In this document: positions 11,901 through 21,300 of the stretch, piece after piece
Layout: the number at the start of each line of letters is the position of its first letter
Position numbering within the stretch: position 1 is the stretch's first letter
NCBI GenBank assembly: GCA_001643675.2
Contig: LSRY02000007.1
Location: 868,001-932,000 of the forward strand
Length of the DNA stretch: 64,000 nucleotides
Direction: 5' to 3'
Origin: Monocercomonoides exilis PA203
Taxonomy: Eukaryota; Protista; Preaxostyla
Translations under genes and position numbers: made by a program
The notes under the pieces: model-generated
Database searches by the model: none
Seen by the model: only the letters and a program-made list of their open reading frames with translations
Told to the model about the DNA's origin: nothing

Positions 11901-14585
11901 CTCTTCTTTTACCTTTTCTCCTTCAGATTCTGATTCAGAATCAGAGACGATGATGATATCTGAATGATCATCCAACGAAGGTGAATTATTGTTTTTGCTC
12001 TGCTTCTCTTCCTTTTTCTTGACTTCTTTCTTCGTTTGTGTCACTTTCTGGTTTTCTTTCAATTTTTCATCTATTTTCTGTACAGGAAAAGAAAAAGGAG
12101 ATGAAAACGTGCTTAAACCTGTCTTGTTTGCTGGATCGTTTGCAAAGAAGACGGGAAATGGCTTCACAGAAGAAGCGGCCGAACTGTTGATCGCTTTTTG
12201 GCCGGATATCGGAAAAGATGAGGAAGTAGAAGACGATGGCTGTTTAGTTGGAGGAAAAGAAGAATGTGAAATAGAAGGCGGAGTAGTAGATGGAATAGAA
12301 GATTGAGAAGAAGAAGAAACAGAATAAGAAACAGAAGAAGAAGCAGAAGAATGAGCAGAAGTAGCCTTTGAGAGGATGTCATACAGAAGTCGAGAGTCGG
12401 GTGAAGGGTATGCGATGTTTGAGCTTTGCACTGACATGGAAAGCGGAGAGGGAGACGATTCGTTGCTCAATGCAAAAGTGATTGGAGAATGCGAATGATT
12501 AAAAGCAGAAGGCATTTCAGACAGCTTCACTGTCGACTTAGCATTCATCGAAGCCGCTGTGAACGGCTTTGAGAGCGAAAACGGATGAAGCGTCGGGGCG
12601 ATGCCTGGTTCTTTCTCAGAGGAAGTGTGCAGGCTGTCCAGTACTTTTCCTATCATCATGTTCGACTGCCCTGCTCCGCTTGGGCTTTGCACGTGACGAA
12701 AATGCTCGTATTTCTGGGCGATTGCCTGCTGCGACATGCCAAAGCGATGAAAGTCCCTCTCGTCATCAATGCCCAGGTCTCTCAGCTTCTGGTCTGGTGG
12801 CATCCCCAGCGTGTGCGGGGTCCACATTATCCCTTTCTGATTGCAATACTCCGCACGCGGTGGATCTGCAACCTCTGCTGGCAGAAGCGTATAGTTGTCG
12901 TCAAACACTTTTATCGCCTCTCGGAAAGATGGCCCTGTTTTGGCGACTGCAAAGCCGCGCTCCAAAAAGCTCTTCACGACAAGCGCCGGATGGAGGCATG
13001 CCTGCTGCAGCCGCAGGATCAGCTCGAGCATTCCCAGAGTGGTTGTTCTGGTGCGGTTGAAGATCCGCTGCTCCATCAGATAGTTCGCTTCCTTCGCAGA
13101 GTCTGACTCCAGCAGGCTGTAGAACTCTCTTTCGATCGGCGACAGCTCCACCTGGAATGTGGAGTACACCTTCTCCGGCAGCTGTCCTTTCAAAGCCTCC
13201 TCTTTCGTCCTCCGCATGATGCTGCCAACGATAGACTGCTGTGTGAAGTCGGTGTGGAAGCGGAGGAACGTCTGCAGAGAGATCATGTCCTTCAGGTTGT
13301 TTTGGATAGGCGTCCCTGTCAGTGCCCATCTGCGCTGTGTCATCAGCGCAAAAGCTGCTTTCGTCTGCCCTGTCTTGTCGTTCTTGATGGTGTGCGCCTC
13401 GTCCAGCACCACACGCCGCCACGCCACGGTGAACAGCGGCCAGCGCTCCCAGCCTTCGCTGATCATCTCGTTGAAGCTTTCGGCATCCAGCTCGGTTGCT
13501 GCTTTGTGCATTGCTTCTTCTTCTTCCTCGTCGAACAGGTCGTCTCCCTTTTCATCATCTGAATCGTTAGCCTCTTTGGCCTGCCCGTCGGTTTGTGGCG
13601 CTCCTTCAAAAATTATTCCATGAATGTTTTTTTCATTGATGCCTTTTGGATTCGATCCTTTTGTGCCCTCTTCGTTGGATCCATTAGGCTCAGGAAATTG
13701 ATATTTCCCAACTCCTCTATCTTGCAGCTTTGAAGAAGCTGATCTATTCTTATTCCCATTCTTCTTTCTTTTTGTCGATATGCTCTTTCCTGTCTTTTCT
13801 TCAAGCCAAAAAGTTAAATTGTTAAGCTGCTTCCTTACCATGTTGTATGTTGTTAAGCATATATCGCATCTCTTAATTGTCTTTTCTTCTGATTCGCCAT
13901 CAGACCATCTTAAAACATTGCTGTATTTCAATTGATTTCTCGTCTCGTTTGCCGATGGATGAATGATGTGAATTTTAAAAGGGCTGTTTTCGGGCAATGA
14001 TTCTTGTGCTTTATTTAACCAATGCGTCATTATCCCTTTGGGGCACACAATCAACGTTCCAGGGACCTTTGAAAGTTTAGTCTGTAAATATGTTTGAACT
14101 CTAAAAATGTAGAAAAGTAATTCGAGTAATATATAATAATTTTTAAAAGTAATGTTTAGAGAATGAAAATGAAAATAAAAATCTGCACACGAGCTTTTAC
14201 GTTTTTTTCTTCCAAATAATTCTTGAACGAATTCTGCAATTGTTTTTGAGCTATCACTATCGACTGCATATTGATTTTTTTTGAATGTTTCGCGCATTAC
14301 TAACCTATTTTTCTCAAATCTATCGATCGCCAAAAGGGCTAAAACTTCTATTGTTTTTCCAAGACCCATATCATCTGCTAAAATACCTCCACGCATTGGA
14401 AATGAGCCAGGGGGATCCGTTTCTCTCATAATCATCCATTCAACTCCAATTTTTTGATGAGTTCGAAGTTTAAACGATAACTGCCTCGGTGATGCATTTA
14501 ATTGTCTGTCAAATGAATGGTACACTATCTCTCTTTCTTTCCATGGATCTTCTTCTCTATTTGACAAAACTTTTTCGCTTTTCAT
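5940..14585 (-). CDS. SNF2-family helicase/translocase with C3HC4 RING (RAD5/RAD16/HLTF-like), expanded by low-complexity insertions; probable in-frame intron 14101-14190
   Basis: Motifs: [13 protein letters not shown] (I), TLIVCP (Ia), [14 protein letters not shown] (II), [11 protein letters not shown] (III), [30 protein letters not shown]..CPVC, and helicase-C [41 protein letters not shown]. First ATG at 14585; upstream exons are not excluded. Confidence 0.93.
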   Translation of the reverse strand: [2881 protein letters not shown]

Positions 14586-15282
14586 TTCTTTCAATTATAA
14601 AATAAGTATTTGTTTCTTATATCTGCCACTTGAAAATTAATCAAATATATCTGGGGAAATTATTATCTTTCAGTGTATGTATGTGATACTTTTACAATTC
14701 TAATTGTATGCAATTATCTAAATGTCAAAATATTCGATAAATTAAATATTTTTGATCAATAATTAAGATATGGGTGTTGTCATTTCTCGTTTCACAAAAA
14801 TTAATCAAGATGAATATGTCAAACACAATTTGTTAACAATATTCAAAGTTTTATATATAAATAGCAAGAACACATTTATTTGAGACGTTTTTGGAATTAT
14901 ATTGTTGTTTCTTGTTGCTGTAACAATGATTTCCAAATTCTATCTCTTTTTTTTTCTTCTTCAATGGAATAATTTTAATTGAATGGAGTATTTCATTGAT
15001 TTGCTTATAATTTATTTTGTATTGTATCTTATTCAAAAAAAAATGGATTGCTCTTTTCGAAATGATGCAAGTCATTTAATTTTGAAATATTATTTAGAAA
15101 GTGTCATTCTTTGATCAAATTTTGTAACAAACTCCCAAGGAAAATATCACTTATTTTTTAAAACGAAATGAATATATTTGAGTATTATGTTTAAGAAAAG
15201 AAAAAATATATAAGTGATTAATCTAGCCCTGGGTGACGTGAAGAAAAAAATTCGTCACGTCCGTCACCTATTTTCCACTTCA

Positions 15283-15284
<2 letters not shown>

Positions 15285-15343
<59 letters not shown>
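15285..15343 (+). repeat. poly(A) tract, 59 nt
   Basis: Uninterrupted A run read directly from the sequence. Confidence 0.95.
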
Positions 15344-15346
<3 letters not shown>

Positions 15347-15351
15347 TCCAA

Positions 15352-16261
15352 ATGTTTTAATGGGGGAAAATATGGACTTTCAAGCTTTTTTTTGCACAAG
15401 GCATTGAAAAATTGATTCACTCACACCTTTATCAATCATCCTCAAATTTCAAGATAGATAGAATTTTCTTATCTGCAAATAGTCGTCATAGATATTATAA
15501 CATAAAATTTATGTGACATTCCATGTATATCAAAAAATGAACCCATTTTTATTATGTTTTTTGTTTTCAAAAATTCAACGAAAAGTGCATAATTTTTCAA
15601 TGAAAATGCCTGAAAAGAAATATTTTGTCCCAAATGTTCAATCAATGATGCTGATATAAAAATTAAAGCAAATAAATGTCTCATTCGAAAAATATATGGG
15701 TGATAAATATCGAAATCAGAAATATTCAATGAAATTTAATGGTAGAATATTTGCTTTGAACACATGTGAATGTGCTTTAAATTGCTGCAAGGAAATTTAC
15801 ACATGACTTTGTCATGCTTTCATCTCAAGCATTGGGTTTGTTTCAATTGTGATGATAATATCATTGTTTTTAAAAATATTTTCCTAATATCAAAGAAACT
15901 TATCAATTATCAACACTCCGAAAAAAATAAATGATATCAAAACAGATCACATTAATTGAAGTCTAAATCATTTCAAAAGATTTCAAACGGTGCAAAATAT
16001 TTCTTTCAAGGATTTTCATTGAAAAATTATGCACTTTTCATTGACCATTTTATATCTAAAAATATAATTTAAATTGGTCCATTTAATGACATTCGTCATA
16101 TGTTGGAAAACTTTATGTTTTGATTTCAATGACACCTATTTACAGATATGAAAATCAAATTTGTTATGAAATCTGAGAAAGCGAAATAAAGTTATGAGCG
16201 ATTTTATTTTTCAATGCATTGTGCAAAAAAGGCTTGAAGGTCCATATTTTCCACCAAACAT
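15352..16261. mobile_element. Degenerate fold-back (inverted-repeat) element, arms ~280 bp, ends approximate
   Basis: 15361 TGGGGGAAAATATGGACTTTCAAGC..GCACAAGGCATTGAAAAA matches the reverse complement of 16207-16256. 15581 AAAAGTGCATAATTTTTCAATGAAAAT matches the reverse complement of ~16012-16038. Confidence 0.7.
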
Positions 16262-16726
16262 ATAAACAATTCATCAATTTCATTGAAAGCAATTCAAGTG
16301 TTTTCTTTTGATGAAAATGAAAACAATTAAATTTCTTTGAGAAGTCACATTCACGATGTGCTTGCACCAAATTGGAATAAATATTAGCTTCATTTTCTTT
16401 GTTTTAATTTTTGAAATTTTGAAACATTTTTTTTCTTTTAAAAGTTTTCTTTTCCCTTTCCTTTTCATTTTCCTTTTCCTTTCCTTTTCTTTTTTCTTTT
16501 CTTTCTTTCTTTTTTTTATTGAAAGAATAACAACAATCTTTGGTTTATTGTGAAAACGGGATTTGCTAAAAAAAAAAAAAAAAAAAAAAAAGGAAAACTT
16601 ATCATTCATTTTCTAAATTTTTTTCACATACCATCATAAAGTTAATGGAAAAATAATAATGCATTCTTAAGTCATTTGTTTTCAGTTGCAAAATATAGAA
16701 AATTATCATAACACATTTTGGGAATA

Positions 16727-17788
16727 TAATCATGGACAAAACCCGGGAAATGGACAAAACCCGGACTTTTTCATAAAATTCATATTTTTCAACAAGTTTC
16801 AAAAATTAAATTATGATAATTCATACATTCATATATCAGCATATAGCACATCTTACCATATCCAAATTTTTATTTGTTGTGCTGTATTTATGAAGAAATA
16901 AATAATTTTTATTTTTGAAAATTTGACTTTTAATGAATTTTTCTATTTCAACAAAACGATTCAGTTCATCTTTTTCACATATAACTTATTTTTTCTATGT
17001 CACAAACAATTCTTGTTATTTTTTATTTTCCACAATTTGCTCGTTAAGACTGAATGAAAAGCTATCATTTTTGAAAAATTTTTGTCAATGGGATAACTTA
17101 AAAAATATTTTTTGCAAAACACAAAAACATCCAAGTGAATTTAACACATGCATCAATAAATATGACAGATATATAAATTTCTTCATAGTTGAAATTAAAA
17201 ATGATTCCATTTTCATTTTGTTAAATACGATTCGGTGGAATATTCAATGAAAATGATCATTAAAATCATCAATAATGAAAACAATATTTATTAATGAAAT
17301 AATTATAGAATCATTTTTAATTTCAACTATGAAGAAATTTATATATCTGTCATATTTATTGATGCATGTGTTAAATTCACTTGGATGTTTTTGTGTTTTG
17401 CAAAAAATATTTTTTAAGTTATCCCATTGACAAAAATTTTTCAAAAATGATAGCTTTTCATTCAGTCTTAACGAGCAAATTGTGGAAAATAAAAAATAAC
17501 AAGAATTGTTTGTGACATAGAAAAAATAAGTTATATGTGAAAAAGATGAACTGAATCGTTTTGTTGAAATAGAAAAATTCATTAAAAGTCAAATTTTCAA
17601 AAATAAAAATTATTTATTTCTTCATAAATACAGCACAACAAATAAAAATTTGGATATGGTAAGATGTGCTATATGCTGATATATGAATGTATGAATTATC
17701 ATAATTTAATTTTTGAAACTTGTTGAAAAATATGAATTTTATGAAAAAGTCCGGGTTTTGTCCATTTCCCGGGTTTTGTCCATGATTA
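16727..17788. mobile_element. 1062-bp non-autonomous palindromic TIR element: two 481-bp arms and a 100-bp spacer, TA-flanked
   Basis: 16727-17207 is the reverse complement of 17308-17788 with a constant coordinate sum of 34515 (no net indels). Ends are TAATCATGGACAAAACCCGGGAAATGGACAAAACCCGGAC. TA lies at 16725-26 and 17789-90. Mirror ORFs 16933+ and 17582- share ~93 aa. Confidence 0.92.
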
Positions 17789-18327
17789 TATATATAAATA
17801 TATGCGAGGTGGCTTGATATTAGTATGCATTTTTAATTTTCATTACAAAAATAACAGATACTATTGCGAAATGATAGAAGCTAGTCAAAAATGATTACAA
17901 TTTTGAATTGTCCATTCACACAAAGTTTGAACAAACAGATTTTTGATTAACGTTCAAAAATTTTTTTAAGTAACCATCATTGTAAGATAATTTAGCAATT
18001 AATTAAATAAAATGAACTCAATTAACAGTTATCAAATTTGAAAGGAAAAATTTCAATTCAATCAAAAAATGGAGATATTCTTTCTTTAACAAAAATTCGA
18101 AAAAGAGTATATTCGAGAAGAAACTGAACAAAATGAAAAAAGATTGAACAATTTTGAGATCACAATCCTTTTTCTAATTACAAGACACGAAACAACGAAA
18201 AGAACAGAATGCTTTTGAGAAAAAGTCAAATTCACTCGTTTTCAATAACAAAAAGAATTTCTAAAATTTGTAAAATAACATTTCACAATCAAAAAAACTG
18301 AAACATTTAGCAACATTCTGAAGGAAG

Positions 18328-21300
18328 TTAAGATTCAAGAGCAGCTTGCTCGTCATCACTTAAAATCAGCTGCTTTCTGAGCGAATCTTCTGTGTGCTGC
18401 AATCTTCTCTTTCTCCTTCTCTTTCGAGTGTAGACAACATATACAATTATCACACAAAGAGTAACGCATGCTGCAAACATCATGACGAATGCGACCATAA
18501 AGCCTGTAACTGTTGGAGGCATTTGCTCAGCTTTTTTATCCACTTCATCAGGCAGCATATCTCTGAATATGGAATAATTTGTAATCTCTTTCTTGTCTTC
18601 AGCTCCTGCCAAACCACCAAATTGAATTCGCACCGCAATCACGGTTTTCCTGTCTGCAGTATCGATATATGATTGTTTTGGGATGCCTGCACATGAAGTG
18701 TCGTTTGAAAAAGAAACAAGTGGAAAAGTCATCGAGCTAATTTCCACACCATGCACAATGAAAAACATCTCTCCTATCATTAAGCATGGCATCAAGTTTT
18801 CACCATTAAATATCACGAGCGGTCCTTCAGCATCATTAGATTGAATTGTAGAAGACTGCTTCACAACGGTTATATTTTTCAAGATTGGGACAAATAAAGG
18901 TGCTTTACTCAAAGTTTGCACACCTGCCACCTGACAGTCCTGCCGATCAACCCACATCGATGGATTTTCTGGCGCACCATCGCTGCTTCCTTTTACGCTT
19001 TTCACCTCAACGTTCCCCTTTTGCTCACAATGAATATTATGCCGAGCAGATGGAAAGCGATTAATTACAGGGTTATTGTTGAAAAATTCACCTGTTGTGA
19101 TAACAAGCTTCCCTCCAATGACAGAAAGTCCTCCACATGTGGAATTAGCAACGGTGGGGTCTTCCATTGTTGTTGTGCAAGCTTCAAATTCCATCATCGA
19201 GTGCTTCCAGCTGCACACTTCAACTTCATCATTTGAAGATTTCTTGGTATCGCGAATGTGATTTGATTCAGTTTCGTTTGCACTAAGCAAACCAATGTCT
19301 TTTTCAAAGTTGTGTGAAGTATGTGAATCACTATCTGTATATAATTGACCCTTCACTATGCAAAACTTCCAGTTTAATACAGAATTCTTGAAATATGCTG
19401 ATGAAGCACTTGAAGATTTTGACAGGCATCGAATAATTCTAGCATCGCTAAAAGAGTAGCTAATGTCTTTGTCTTCTGAATAAATAAGAGCAGGATCAGA
19501 TATTGATTGACTACTTATGTCATGAAATATTGAATTTGAAATAGTGATTGTTTTTTCTCCTGCCTCCACTGGCATAACTTCTTGTGGCACTGTTTTTGGT
19601 TCCACTTCAATGAATGATTTCGATGCCATTGTAATATTGGAACAAGTTATATTTAATAAGTTAGCTTTTGTAATTCCTCGAAAGATTATTGCGCCTTTGA
19701 ATGACAACGCATTCATTTGTGTATTATGCAGAAGTGTCTCATCTGAATCGTTTGAGATCATATCATTTCTAAATATTGTTTCATGTGAATTAATATTAGT
19801 TGAAGGAACATTATCTGCAAATGAAAAGTTCTTTATAATCACGTCATTAAATTCAAAACTTCCTCCCTCCACGCAGATAAGCGCAAGTGCAAATGAGTTA
19901 CTAATCTTCCCTATCAATTCTGAACTAGTAATGCGAGACAATCCAATTGTAGAATGAAGAAATACTTCAAAGTTTTTAGGATCTTCAATAATAATATTTA
20001 ATGTACTCAACAAAGTATTTCCTTCATTCTCCAAAATGTAGTCCCCGCTATCGCTGTCCATACGAACTGTAACTTGCGGAACCGTTTCCAATTTACCGTT
20101 ATACATTTCTATTCCTGTAATCTGAGATTTTTCAGAGATTAAGAGATTATTTAAAATTAGTGCTTGCTGTTTTCCGCCAGTCAGTCGATTTCGACAGTAA
20201 TTGATACTTTTGCACGGATTAAGCTGTGTGCCACATGTTACAAAATCATCTCCAGCTTTTGAGATGTAAACAGTTTCATTGTTATATTCCCAGAATTGCA
20301 TAATATCCTTATCTATAGTTTCAGTATCACGTCCAAAAATCGCATTAGTCCTCTTAAAAACAAGTGGATTCAAAGAGAAATTAAATTTCGAAGGCGCAGA
20401 AATCTCTTTCAAACTTGGTCCAATAGAATAGAAATATATGTCAGATCCAAAAGCTGCTTTACATTGATCAAATTTGATTTCATTCAGCTGATATTCAAGA
20501 GAGCATCCATCTGATAAAAACATAAACAAAGCCCCACCTCTTCCGCTTTTAGAATTGGCGCTGCATGTTGTAAAAATCGAATCTGATATTGTAACCATTG
20601 CATCTTCCTCCATTCGTATGTGGCATGCACCGCCTTCACCATTATTGCTGTTTGTATCAGCAGAAGTGAAATAGCATTTTGTCAAAGAAACATGCATTCC
20701 TGTCGTTGCAGCAGCTTTCAGTGCACATCCAGTAGTAGATGTGGATACAACTTTGTTGATGGTGTAATTAGTTATGAGTAATCTCTTTGTGCGGGCTGAT
20801 TCAATAAGCGAGCAGCTCGTTAGATTAACAGAAGAAGCTGTGATATTATTTATTTGTGAAGTGACATTAATATAGTCTAATTTTATTATTGGAGATCCAT
20901 GACGAGTTGATTCAACAGAAAGTTTATCAACTTTCAAAAAGCCATTCAACACTCCTGCAAAAATAAAGTTAATTGCTACTGATGAAGAAGCAGATAATCT
21001 AACATGATTCAAGGTGAGTCCATATTCACCTTCGATAACTGAAGATAAGATAAAGTATCTGTAATCCATTTGCGTTGTCACATTAAAGTGAATATCTTTA
21101 ACAGTAAAACTATTCACTCCGACTATTAAAGCATCCTTCGGCTCCTCTGTTGTTGCATTAATAGTAATACCAGCAAGCGAAGTGGGCTTTGATGAATGTA
21201 AAGAACATTTGACAATAGAAAGAGATGAAGACAACGAGCTTTGCTCCATAATTATCAAGTGCATTTCTTTGTCCTCTTTATAAATTAACAGATGTCTTAC

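Noticed and set aside
16933-17582. Two near-identical ORFs (105 aa + and 112 aa -) suggesting a duplicated gene
   Set aside because: They are mirror images produced by the palindrome, with AT-rich F/I/N/K composition and no motif.
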